Shown here: positions 9,973-18,178 of the stretch, piece after piece
Position numbering within the stretch: the stretch's first letter is position 1
Layout of the letters: every line of letters begins with the position of its first letter
Source of the DNA: a virus
Lineage: Duplodnaviria > Caudoviricetes
DNA: 45,149 nucleotides
Direction: 5' to 3' (one strand)
Virus record (IMG/VR): IMGVR_UViG_3300025160_000004
Coordinates: 1 to 45,149 of that record
The notes under the pieces: generated by a model
What the model was told of the DNA's origin: nothing
Database searches by the model: none
The model's input: only the letters and a program-made list of their open reading frames with translations
Made by a program: the position numbers and the translations under genes

Positions 9973-10033
9973 ACGGTGTCGGGGCAATCGAGCCCCGACA
10001 GAGAGAGTGCCCAGCAGGGCACGGGAGAAAAAA

Positions 10034-10261
10034 ATGACGCACAAGCACAGACCCGCCCAGCGCAGGACCGTCCCATTTGTCGGCCCCCTCCAGTCCAGAC
10101 ACCCAAATCCACGAGCCCACGGAAATGTCACCGAGATCGCGACGTGCAATTGCGGGGCGACCCGCCGCACCAATCGTAATTTTGGCTACGAGGAGCACGG
10201 CGCATGGAGCGATTGTTTTTTTGCACCACCCGCGCAGCAATCACGTCGCGCGGACACATAG
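10034..10261 (+). CDS. hypothetical protein (75 aa; His/Cys-containing)
   Basis: GGGAG RBS; first gene after the promoter. Confidence 0.65.
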   Translation: MTHKHRPAQRRTVPFVGPLQSRHPNPRAHGNVTEIATCNCGATRRTNRNFGYEEHGAWSDCFFAPPAQQSRRADT

Positions 10262-10277
10262 AGAGGAGAGCGGAAAA

Positions 10278-10607
10278 ATGCGCGTAAAACTGACCGACCT
10301 GTGGCTCGATAGCTATCAGGGACAGACGAGGAACGACCGTGCGTTTGGGTACGTGGGTACGGAGCTGGAGTACGAGGACGAGGACGGTGAGGAGCGTCAG
10401 TACTGCGGATGGTTTTTCACCTGGCCGCGAGAGGAGCCGGGGATCGCCACGTTCAGGGAGCGCGATGCCGTAATAGCCTCCCTGGATCGCGACGAGACGA
10501 TGAGCGGGTCCGACGCGATCCCGATAAGGCTCGCAGAGAAAAAACTGCTGAGCCACCTGCGAAAACGATTTCCGCGCCTGCGCCGACGCGCTGTCGATGC
10601 AGACTAA
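10278..10607 (+). CDS. small protein with an acidic core (109 aa), anti-defence candidate
   Basis: GAGGAG RBS; ELEYEDEDGEERQY acidic patch. Confidence 0.7.
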   Translation: MRVKLTDLWLDSYQGQTRNDRAFGYVGTELEYEDEDGEERQYCGWFFTWPREEPGIATFRERDAVIASLDRDETMSGSDAIPIRLAEKKLLSHLRKRFPRLRRRAVDAD

Positions 10608-10875
10608 ACGCTGGCACATCACAGTCGCAGCAGCGCGGCAATACGCGCAGATCACAGGGCTCTCCGAGGGTGATGCAGTACTCGCTCTCGGAGAGCTGAG
10701 CGCTACCGCCCGACTCGCGCGCGACACGGGGCCGGGGCAGGTGGACCAGCTGTGGCGCGCTAATACCGACGTGCGGGGGCGGCGTTCAAGGCTGGAGCTG
10801 ATCGTGTCCGTGTCTGACGCGCACGAGTTGCCGCAGCTGATACACGTGCGCCACAAAGGGCGCGGCGGGAGGTGA
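10597..10875 (+). CDS. hypothetical protein with a RelE/ParE-like pattern (92 aa)
   Basis: RWHITVAAARQY...LWR...RLELIVSV...LIHVRHK resembles the RelE-fold layout, judged by eye only. Confidence 0.45.
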   Translation: MQTKRWHITVAAARQYAQITGLSEGDAVLALGELSATARLARDTGPGQVDQLWRANTDVRGRRSRLELIVSVSDAHELPQLIHVRHKGRGGR

Positions 10876-10878
10876 CGC

Positions 10879-11076
10879 GTGACTGACCGCGCCCTCCTCC
10901 GTGCCGCGATAAAATGCGCGGGCTCGCAGTCCCAGCTCGCGCGCGACACGGGCATCAGCCGCCGTGCGATCACCAATTGGACGCACGGCGGCAATATCAC
11001 GCCTATCTATCGCGCAGTGCTGGAGCAGTACGTCGCGGGACGGATCGCGGCGGCCTCAGCCGCCAGCCCTCAGTAG
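10879..11076 (+). CDS. Cro/Xre-type HTH protein (Aca- or antitoxin-like)
   Basis: GSQSQLARDTGISRRAITNW helix-turn-helix; GGAGG RBS. Confidence 0.8.
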   Translation: MTDRALLRAAIKCAGSQSQLARDTGISRRAITNWTHGGNITPIYRAVLEQYVAGRIAAASAASPQ

Positions 11077-11469
11077 CAGCGCGCCACCAGCACCGATGGG
11101 CGGCAACGCGGTCCACAACTCCACCAGGATATAACCCTTTCGCGGTGATTCGTGGCGGGTCATTGTCAAACACTCCACCTGCTTGTCATCGTGATACAGC
11201 AAGCCCTTCACGGCATCCAGCAAAACCTTGGCGCGGTTATCCAGATCGCCAGATTTGCATGAGCGATACCAGGCGAGACTGATACCGACCGGGCCATCCA
11301 GCGGGAGTTGCTGCCGTTGTATTGCTGTCGTCTGCCGCCTGTAGTCCGCAAGTACCAGCGTTGAGTACGCGCGCGCATCTCCGGATTTGACCGCCCGGCC
11401 ACGAAATACGCGCCAGTAGCGATTGCTCGATGGTGGCTCGGGTAGTCGCAACGATAACAATGCGCTCAC
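11056..11469 (-). CDS. rusA: RusA-family Holliday junction resolvase
   Basis: LPEPPSSNRYWR, DLDNRAKVLLDA and DDKQV motifs. Confidence 0.9.
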   Translation of the reverse strand: MSALLSLRLPEPPSSNRYWRVFRGRAVKSGDARAYSTLVLADYRRQTTAIQRQQLPLDGPVGISLAWYRSCKSGDLDNRAKVLLDAVKGLLYHDDKQVECLTMTRHESPRKGYILVELWTALPPIGAGGALLLRAGG

Positions 11470-11745
11470 TTACTCGCCCCCACTGCCGGGCCGCGCGAAC
11501 AGCGTCCCGCCGCGCACGGCCATCGTTGAGACATCTGGCGCGATTTTCTGCGCGGTTTGTTGCAGCATCAGATTTACAAATTTCGCCCGTGCGTCGTCCC
11601 GCTCCTGCACGATCTTGAGTATCTCGGCCTCCAGTGCGGCGCGGGCGTCCAACTCGTCATCCTCTTCGCCGTGACCGTGCGATTGATACAGCAGCTTGTC
11701 AATCGCCACCGTCACGGCTTTCGGTAGTGCGGGCTGCTCAGTCAT
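11470..11745 (-). CDS. hypothetical protein
   Basis: Packed ORF abutting rusA. Confidence 0.6.
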   Translation of the reverse strand: MTEQPALPKAVTVAIDKLLYQSHGHGEEDDELDARAALEAEILKIVQERDDARAKFVNLMLQQTAQKIAPDVSTMAVRGGTLFARPGSGGE

Positions 11746-12010
11746 GGCTTATCTCGCTTCTGATGTGCTTGAGTCTTTTGAGCGCCGCGCTGTCGGCTTC
11801 GAGCTGCCGGTACTCCCTGACGGTAATCTCCACTGTGATTTCCTCACTCACCCCAGCAACGCTACTCTGTGCTGGGGCGGCGTCAGAGGCTTGTGTTTTA
11901 GGTTGCGGAACGAACGCAATGCATGCGCAGTCGCGCGACATGCACCAGCCTCCTTCGTGTCGCTCTCGACTGTGCCCACACCTGCACGGCTCATACGCCT
12001 CGGCGTTCAT
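11738..12010 (-). CDS. Cys/His-rich hypothetical protein
   Basis: CRCGH...H...C...CAC; ATGA-coupled start at 12010. Confidence 0.6.
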   Translation of the reverse strand: MNAEAYEPCRCGHSRERHEGGWCMSRDCACIAFVPQPKTQASDAAPAQSSVAGVSEEITVEITVREYRQLEADSAALKRLKHIRSEISHD

Positions 12011-12333
12011 GCGCGTTGCGGCCATGCAAACTGACATTCCTGATCGCCAGCCGTCGCACTCGTAATCCAGAGCACATCGTTGCCATCGAGGAACAGTTGA
12101 CCGTTGACCGCGCTGGTTTCGTTGCTACCCCACACTTTCGTGATGAGCATCGGGAACACGTCGCCTGCTTGCGCGTTGTTGCCAACGTGAGCCTGAGCGC
12201 CACCGGGCCATTGCGGCGGCTCGGCTTTCATGCGTGACGCAATACTCGCCCCGTCAGTGCGGCGACGATTTATCTGGTGCGCCTGATCCTGATTGATCTT
12301 GTAGTGAACGATCCTTCCGATTGTGGGAATCAT
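12007..12333 (-). CDS. conserved phage hypothetical protein (PTIGRIVHY...WP type)
   Basis: GGAG RBS; recognisable N- and C-terminal motifs. Confidence 0.7.
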   Translation of the reverse strand: MIPTIGRIVHYKINQDQAHQINRRRTDGASIASRMKAEPPQWPGGAQAHVGNNAQAGDVFPMLITKVWGSNETSAVNGQLFLDGNDVLWITSATAGDQECQFAWPQRA

Positions 12334-12421
12334 TTTGTTCTCCTTGTGCGCGGTCTCGCGCTGTTGTGCCGAGGGGACGGCGGGTTGCTCTCGGTGTTTC
12401 TTGTGCATGGCTTCCAGTTCT

Positions 12422-12769
12422 TCATAGCCCATCGTCTGGTGTCTCCCCCTTGCGGCGCTTGCTGCGAACCCTGCTTTGTCGCGCTGGCGCGTCAAGAAAG
12501 TGTTCGATGAACATCGCTGTTTTGCGCTTACACAAATACCCCTTGTTGCTAAACACGTTGAGCAGCGCAATCCCCTCCGCACCAATGACGAAATACCATT
12601 CGGCGTCACAACTCCACGCCATCGATGCCCAAGGCGATCCGGCGGGAATGCCGATTGGGGCTAAGTCCCCGTCCTCAACCGGCTCCATGCTCAAGGGCTC
12701 GTCGTTAAATAACACAAAGTCTTTGCCCGGCTTTATCGCGAAAAACCAATCTCGGCACATTTCAGCCAT
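12422..12769 (-). CDS. hypothetical protein
   Basis: Overlaps the upstream stop by 8 nt. Confidence 0.55.
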   Translation of the reverse strand: MAEMCRDWFFAIKPGKDFVLFNDEPLSMEPVEDGDLAPIGIPAGSPWASMAWSCDAEWYFVIGAEGIALLNVFSNKGYLCKRKTAMFIEHFLDAPARQSRVRSKRRKGETPDDGL

Positions 12770-13403
12770 CGGTTGTCTCGCTTGCTGCTGCGCGGGTGAG
12801 GTAGTCGCGGACCGTGCGGAACTGGCCCACAGTCGTTACCGACGCGTCCTCTCGCTCAATGTGATAAAACGCCGCCAGCGCTTCTCCCGCTCCTGCTGGT
12901 GCGCTCTCTGGCTGCGAGGACGCGGCGGCGAGTGCATCACGCATTTCCCGCACGACGCAAATCAGTTCCTCGCCCGTGCGAACGTCTTTGCGCCCGGCCG
13001 CTTCTCGCAATGCGTTCGCAACCTCTTGCGCGCGTGCCGCCTCGCGCTCCAGCGCTTCGATGTGAAGGCGGTTGCGGCCGTTTTCTCCAATCAGGCCAGC
13101 GTGTTCGTGTGCGTGGTTGTTCGCCCATTCTTGAAGCCGAGTAACTTCAGCTTTTAGTTTGGTTATCAAATCGGGAGCATCGTCCATGTCGCTCGTCTCA
13201 CTTGTCGCGGCGGCGCGTGGCTCCTGTGCGACGGCGGCCAAGTGTTCGGTAGCGGCGATGAAATCGAGAAGCGCGTCTTTGTGCTCCCGCTTGTCCGTGT
13301 GCTTCGTGGCATTGTCCACCGCTTCCACGCACGCGAACAGAACCAGCATCGTCGCTATGTGACTCGCCTGTTGCGCTGTCGGCGCGGTTGAGTCGCTAGT
13401 CAT
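12762..13403 (-). CDS. hypothetical coiled-coil protein (Ead/Ea22-like accessory type)
   Basis: ATGA-coupled; modular helical segments. Confidence 0.6.
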   Translation of the reverse strand: MTSDSTAPTAQQASHIATMLVLFACVEAVDNATKHTDKREHKDALLDFIAATEHLAAVAQEPRAAATSETSDMDDAPDLITKLKAEVTRLQEWANNHAHEHAGLIGENGRNRLHIEALEREAARAQEVANALREAAGRKDVRTGEELICVVREMRDALAAASSQPESAPAGAGEALAAFYHIEREDASVTTVGQFRTVRDYLTRAAASETTDG

Positions 13404-13615
13404 TCGATTGCCTTCAGCGCTTCGTATGCCACGATCATCGCTGGCAGATCGCCCGTTGCCAGCGCTCGTGTGGCGGCGTCCAAATCCGCGCGTATCATGG
13501 CGAGCCCAAAGGCGCCAGCCGGACCAATGCGGATGTACTCTGGCACGATGACATCTCTCACGTGCGCCATGACTTTCGGCAATGCATCTCCGAGTGTTTC
13601 TATTTTTTCGCTCAC
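13400..13615 (-). CDS. conserved phage hypothetical protein (71 aa, IGPAGAFG)
   Basis: GTGA/ATGA coupling on both sides. Confidence 0.7.
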   Translation of the reverse strand: MSEKIETLGDALPKVMAHVRDVIVPEYIRIGPAGAFGLAMIRADLDAATRALATGDLPAMIVAYEALKAIE

Positions 13616-14337
13616 GCTTCCGCCTCTGTAGGTGCAGGGTAATTGGTGTCGCGCCACACGCACATTTCTTGATAATCGTGTCCGCGTGCGCGCCATCCGG
13701 CTTCCGCCGCCGCTCTTTGCGCTGCTACGATGGCGCGGGAGTGTGAGGTCTCCAGCTCTTTGATTCTCGCCGCCTGCGATTCGACAGCATCGCGTAACGA
13801 TTCGATTTCTGCGACGTTCTTTCGCGACTGCTCGTTTGGTAAATCCCACACCGCGTCTTTCGACATTCCACGCAACGCGAGATCAATCAGCGCGAGCGAG
13901 GCGCACAGCTTTTGTATCTCGGAGGCCGCGTGCAGATTATCCTCTCTTAGCTCTGCCAGCTCGGAAGCTGCATGACGGAGCAGGGCGACACGCTTCGCGG
14001 CGGCTTCCTCAGCAGTGGGGGTTTTCGGGGTGGAGTTTTCTATCAGCACTGCCCAAGCTACCAGCTCCGCATTCGTTTGGCTCGGGGGCTGGGAGCACTT
14101 CTGTTGCAACAGATAGCAGCGCAGAATGTTAAACTCGTGCGTCGTCACCACCGATGCGTCTTGATCCTCAATGCTCTCGAATGCGGTTAGAGCCTCATCG
14201 ATGCTCACTGGTGGCTCCGGCAAAGGCGCAAGCGCGTCCTGAATACGCACGACCTCTGCGCGCGTACTGCTGGCGTCACGATCTGCGAGCATGCCAATCG
14301 CTTGCGCAATCAGCGCGCGTTTTTCTTCGGTGGTCAC
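13612..14337 (-). CDS. hypothetical coiled-coil protein
   Basis: Coupled; shares a module with 12762-13403. Confidence 0.6.
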   Translation of the reverse strand: MTTEEKRALIAQAIGMLADRDASSTRAEVVRIQDALAPLPEPPVSIDEALTAFESIEDQDASVVTTHEFNILRCYLLQQKCSQPPSQTNAELVAWAVLIENSTPKTPTAEEAAAKRVALLRHAASELAELREDNLHAASEIQKLCASLALIDLALRGMSKDAVWDLPNEQSRKNVAEIESLRDAVESQAARIKELETSHSRAIVAAQRAAAEAGWRARGHDYQEMCVWRDTNYPAPTEAEA

Positions 14338-14597
14338 AGCTTGCCGCCTCCCCGCTTCTTCGCCCGCTTGCGGCCAGCGACACCCGCCGTGAATGGCGCC
14401 GACTTCTCTTTCGGCATGTCGTCCCGTCCGTCGAGTGAGTAGAGGAAAACCGCGACACGTTCCGCCGCGTCCGCAACGGCCATCGTGATCGTCGCATTGT
14501 TCCAGATGGCGTTTGCAACGCGGCGCGCATCCCGTGCACGCAAGGTCACTTCTCGCGGTTTCACTTTCGGCGCTCGTTTCTCTGCTGTCTTTGTCAT
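14334..14597 (-). CDS. basic hypothetical protein
   Basis: Coupled on both sides. Confidence 0.55.
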   Translation of the reverse strand: MTKTAEKRAPKVKPREVTLRARDARRVANAIWNNATITMAVADAAERVAVFLYSLDGRDDMPKEKSAPFTAGVAGRKRAKKRGGGKL

Positions 14598-14836
14598 GTC
14601 TGTTTCTCCGTGGGGGTCAGGCGGCGTAATTCTTCTACTTCGTCGGCCAGCATTACCAGCAGCGTGAAAGACTTCCGCAAGTCGGTGTGCCGGATCTTCA
14701 TGTTGCCCTGTTGGTCTGGGCGCTGTTCGCGATGCTCGCTCTCAAGTTTCCCGGCGAACGCGCGCGTCAGGTTTAGTTCCTGGGGGTCCATCATGACACG
14801 ACTCGCAGTCTTGGAGCGTCGGACGGTAATGGCCAT
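14594..14836 (-). CDS. hypothetical protein
   Basis: Coupled downstream. Confidence 0.55.
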   Translation of the reverse strand: MAITVRRSKTASRVMMDPQELNLTRAFAGKLESEHREQRPDQQGNMKIRHTDLRKSFTLLVMLADEVEELRRLTPTEKQT

Positions 14837-15261
14837 TCACTCGAGCGGCGGCGCGAACAGTCGGCCCGGTGTTTGAACTCGAGCAGCTGTTCCCATTTTA
14901 GGTGATGGCGCGTGAACGCGACGTACTCAGGTGAGTCAAATTCTGCCGCGTCCCGCCAGAATGTTTCGGCAACATGGCATACCGGGCAGTTGTCTGGTGG
15001 CCGCTGTTGCACCTCTTTGGGCGCTGCCTTTATCTCCTCGAGGTCGTAGCGGATGGCCAACTCAACAACCTGCGACACCCTGGGGAACTCCGGACATGTT
15101 CGAATAGCTTCAGCCGTTGCCCTTCGAATGACGGCGGGGCTGTAGCGCTCAAGCTCTCGAGAAAAAAACCGCGCCATTCGCTGGACGGTCTCTTGCTTGT
15201 AGAGATAGGCGTCTCCCAAGTCCAGCAACGCCTGCGCGATGGCGCGCTCGGTGTCGTTCAT
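14791..15261 (-). CDS. putative helicase loader/inhibitor-like replication protein
   Basis: Directly follows the initiator; AIRTCPEFPRVSQV resembles the G39P/lambda P-like FPxIAE motif. Confidence 0.45.
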   Translation of the reverse strand: MNDTERAIAQALLDLGDAYLYKQETVQRMARFFSRELERYSPAVIRRATAEAIRTCPEFPRVSQVVELAIRYDLEEIKAAPKEVQQRPPDNCPVCHVAETFWRDAAEFDSPEYVAFTRHHLKWEQLLEFKHRADCSRRRSSEWPLPSDAPRLRVVS

Positions 15262-16145
15262 GCAGCCCCCTGTTTCATGGCGCGATGCATGGACTCGAGC
15301 CTGTCGGGTTGCGGCGTACTTGCTACCCGGTCACGCTCTTGCAAGGATTTCCACGCCTTCTCGAGCGGCTTGTGGAAATATGTCAGCGAGTGAACGGCGT
15401 CCGATGGTCCGTCAGGTGCTCGGGTCTTTGCGATCCTGCGCAACTCATCCCGCGCAAACTCGAACGGGTACTCCTGCAACATGCCCTTCGCCACGCCGCG
15501 ATGTTTCCCAGACGACGGGTTGAGGACTTCGAACGTGTTGTAATCCAGATGCGGGTTTTGCAGCTGCCCTTCGTTGACCGCCATGATGAGCATCTGGTCC
15601 TCTTCAAACTTTTCCAAAACACCCGTGTGCGGGCTAACAACAACATCTTTTTGTTTACTGACTACAGACTGTTGTTTGTTGTCTGTTGTTTGTTGTGCTC
15701 CGGAGGGTACCCGAAGGGGCTCCGGAGGGGCTTCGGAGGGGCTTACCTCAAACCATTCTTGGTAATAAACGCGGAAGTCGTTGACCAGCTTGTTCTTCGC
15801 TGGCAATGATTGTAAATGACGGGTGACGAATTTCCGGTGTTTAGGATCGGAACTGAATAAATGGGGGTTGAATGCGAGCCCATTCACGATCCACACGATG
15901 GCACCATCGCGCTTTACCCAACCAGCCTCGGCTAGCTCCACTTCCGCCGTTTTCGCGCATTGCACCTCGAGGGATGCCAGGGCCGCAACGGTATGCGGTA
16001 TGCACGCCTCAATCCCGGTTGTGTGGATTGAGAACTTGAGCGCCCAGAAATACCCCTTTGCCTCCATCGAAAGGGGGAGGAACTTGTCATCGGTGAGCAG
16101 TCCTGTGTACACTGATCGGTACTCGCTTGCTGGCTTCGTTCTCAC
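15258..16145 (-). CDS. phage replication initiator (replisome organiser, lambda O analogue)
   Basis: DDKFLPLSMEAKGYF N-terminal wHTH-like region; central linker containing iterons. Confidence 0.7.
   Translation of the reverse strand: MRTKPASEYRSVYTGLLTDDKFLPLSMEAKGYFWALKFSIHTTGIEACIPHTVAALASLEVQCAKTAEVELAEAGWVKRDGAIVWIVNGLAFNPHLFSSDPKHRKFVTRHLQSLPAKNKLVNDFRVYYQEWFEVSPSEAPPEPLRVPSGAQQTTDNKQQSVVSKQKDVVVSPHTGVLEKFEEDQMLIMAVNEGQLQNPHLDYNTFEVLNPSSGKHRGVAKGMLQEYPFEFARDELRRIAKTRAPDGPSDAVHSLTYFHKPLEKAWKSLQERDRVASTPQPDRLESMHRAMKQGAA
15636..15744. repeat. putative replication origin: four 11-bp iterons plus an adjacent AT-rich tract
   Basis: GCTCCGGAGGG/TACCCGAAGGG/GCTCCGGAGGG/GCTTCGGAGGG (15697-15740), next to 2x CTGTTGTTTGTTGT (15669-15696). 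Confidence 0.7.
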
Positions 16146-16543
16146 CCGTTATCCCGCCATAAATCTTTGGTGTTTGCCAGTTCGAACCAGAACGTTCTCG
16201 AGAACTCTTTTGCCTTGAGTGAGTCAATGCGCCGCGTTCGCATTTTATGGACGCAGTAGATGTAGTTGTCGCGCTCCTGATCTTTGTCCAGCCGGTCACG
16301 TCCGCACCCGGGGCAACCCTTCGACGCAACGCGCACGAGGGGGATGCGCCGAACATGTGGACGCTGCCCACCCGGGCGCACCTGTCCCCGCTGCGGCACT
16401 GGCTTTGGCGTGCGCACGGTGCATCTGTTGCTGTGCTTCCGCGGTGGCCCGTCGGCTGGCATGGGCACGTCGCCGAACCCTGAGCAGCCACAGCGATCAG
16501 CGAATCCGCCACAGCGCGGGCACTGGATGGCAGTCGCCGTCAT
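16142..16543 (-). CDS. Cys-rich (Zn-binding) hypothetical protein
   Basis: CPRC, CGC and CPGC motifs; coupled to the initiator. Confidence 0.55.
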   Translation of the reverse strand: MTATAIQCPRCGGFADRCGCSGFGDVPMPADGPPRKHSNRCTVRTPKPVPQRGQVRPGGQRPHVRRIPLVRVASKGCPGCGRDRLDKDQERDNYIYCVHKMRTRRIDSLKAKEFSRTFWFELANTKDLWRDNG

Positions 16544-16571
16544 GCCCGCCCCCGCGCGCGCTGAGATGACA

Positions 16572-17972
16572 TCATGCGGACGCTCGCATGTCGCCAGGTT
16601 TTGCATCGGCCATTGCAATGCGCTCACCAAGCCAGCGCATCACTGGCACGGCCATCGAATTACCGAGCGCCCTGTATTGCGCGCTGTCGGAAACGCCAGG
16701 GACTTGCGATAGATAATCGTCGGGGAATCCTTGCAATCGCGCGCATTCTTTCGGCGTCAGTCGTCGCACGGCCATGCCGGTCATTGTTGCACCGATGCGG
16801 TTGCTCCGTCCGCCACCCGCCATTGTCGCCGCACTATCACTAACACTTGCGTTGTACTCGTCAAATGCAACGGCGGGGATGTGATCTGTCGCGATGGTCG
16901 GTGATGGGTCGCCAGCCTCACCGATTCCAGTACCAGGCGCACCGCCGCTCGAACCTTCCGCGCGGTTGTTCGTCATCTTCTCGCCGCGGGATGCTTGCCG
17001 CATGTCGATGGTGATGATCTGTTGTGGCGGAACTACCGCGTTGACAGGCGGATGCAGATTGCCGTGATCGCCGCCGCCATGAATGCCACGCGCATCAAAT
17101 CGCCGCGGATCATCGTAGCAAGTGGTGAGCGGAACGCCGCGTCCAGTTCCGTCTTCGCTGGCGTCGTGACCTTCACCTTTCAGCGAATGAGCGATGAGTC
17201 CCGCATCATCGCGGAATCCTGAATGACCATCGCCATTCGATGTAATAGACGGCGCGATAACGACGTTATCGCGCCCGTTCTCTGGTTCGCTGTGCCACTT
17301 GGTACTGAGTGCGAATGCAACATCGGGAATCAGATTGTTGCCGTGTGCCTCCCGGTGTTCGCCGCCGCGGTCAATGCGTGTTGTAACTGGGAGGGCAATT
17401 CTCCCCCGCGCTTCTCTGCTCGGCGCAGGACTCCCCGACATGCTTTCGCGCTCAAATAGTACCGCCGCGGCACGTCGCCAGTCTCCAAGATGTCCGACAA
17501 CGAACACACGTCGGCGCCGCTGCGGAACTCCGAAGTACTGAGCGTCAAGCACTCTGTAGGCGAACCCATACCCGAGTTCTGCCAGTGCCCCGAGGAAGGA
17601 ACCAAAGTCCCGTCCTCCATCCGATGACAAAACTCCGGGGACGTTCTCCCATAGGACCCAGCGGGGGCGATATCGGTCAGCAATCGCAAGAAAGACAAGC
17701 GCCAGGTTGCCACGCGGGTCATCCAGTCCCTTTCTAAGTCCGGCGACTGAAAACGACTGGCACGGAGTTCCGCCGACGAGAACATCGACATCTGCATCTG
17801 GCCATTCCTTGAACTTTGCGATGTTGCCATAATTCGGAATCGTCGGGTAGTGATGAGCGAGAACGGCGCGCGGGAACTTTTCAATCTCGGCAAATGCAGC
17901 AGGCACCCAGCCCAGCGGATGCCAGGCAACAGTTGCGGCTTCGATACCCGAACACACAGACAGGTATCTCAT
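16572..17972 (-). CDS. DNA (cytosine-5)-methyltransferase, orphan
   Basis: Motifs I (CSGIEA), IV (GTPCQSFS), VI (ENV), VIII (QRRRRVF), IX (RRLTPKECARLQGF) and X (GNSM). Confidence 0.95.
   Translation of the reverse strand: MRYLSVCSGIEAATVAWHPLGWVPAAFAEIEKFPRAVLAHHYPTIPNYGNIAKFKEWPDADVDVLVGGTPCQSFSVAGLRKGLDDPRGNLALVFLAIADRYRPRWVLWENVPGVLSSDGGRDFGSFLGALAELGYGFAYRVLDAQYFGVPQRRRRVFVVGHLGDWRRAAAVLFERESMSGSPAPSREARGRIALPVTTRIDRGGEHREAHGNNLIPDVAFALSTKWHSEPENGRDNVVIAPSITSNGDGHSGFRDDAGLIAHSLKGEGHDASEDGTGRGVPLTTCYDDPRRFDARGIHGGGDHGNLHPPVNAVVPPQQIITIDMRQASRGEKMTNNRAEGSSGGAPGTGIGEAGDPSPTIATDHIPAVAFDEYNASVSDSAATMAGGGRSNRIGATMTGMAVRRLTPKECARLQGFPDDYLSQVPGVSDSAQYRALGNSMAVPVMRWLGERIAMADAKPGDMRASA
17330..17929 (-). 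CDS. nested +1-frame ORF, M.EcoHK31I beta-subunit-like; exact start uncertain
   Basis: 199-codon open frame containing SLSDILETGDVPRRYYLSAKACRGVLRRAEKRG. Confidence 0.5.
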   Translation of the reverse strand: MPGIRWAGCLLHLPRLKSSRAPFSLITTRRFRIMATSQSSRNGQMQMSMFSSAELRASRFQSPDLERDWMTRVATWRLSFLRLLTDIAPAGSYGRTSPEFCHRMEDGTLVPSSGHWQNSGMGSPTECLTLSTSEFRSGADVCSLSDILETGDVPRRYYLSAKACRGVLRRAEKRGGELPSQLQHALTAAANTGRHTATI

Positions 17973-18178
17973 CGTTCCGCCCCACCCGCGCCAGCGCCGG
18001 ACTTCCTGAGCCTGCGCGCCAGCACTACACGCGGCGCACTTTCGCCATCAAACTTTACGAGCATTGTCCCGAGTCGCCCCCGGATGCATTTACCGTCAGG
18101 GCGCAGCACAGCAATGCAGCGAGCGCCACGAAGTGCGGGATCTGTAAGGCGATCGCCGAGGTAGAAGTACGCTCTCAT
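17969..18178 (-). CDS. hypothetical protein (69 aa)
   Basis: Coupled on both sides. Confidence 0.65.
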   Translation of the reverse strand: MRAYFYLGDRLTDPALRGARCIAVLRPDGKCIRGRLGTMLVKFDGESAPRVVLARRLRKSGAGAGGAER

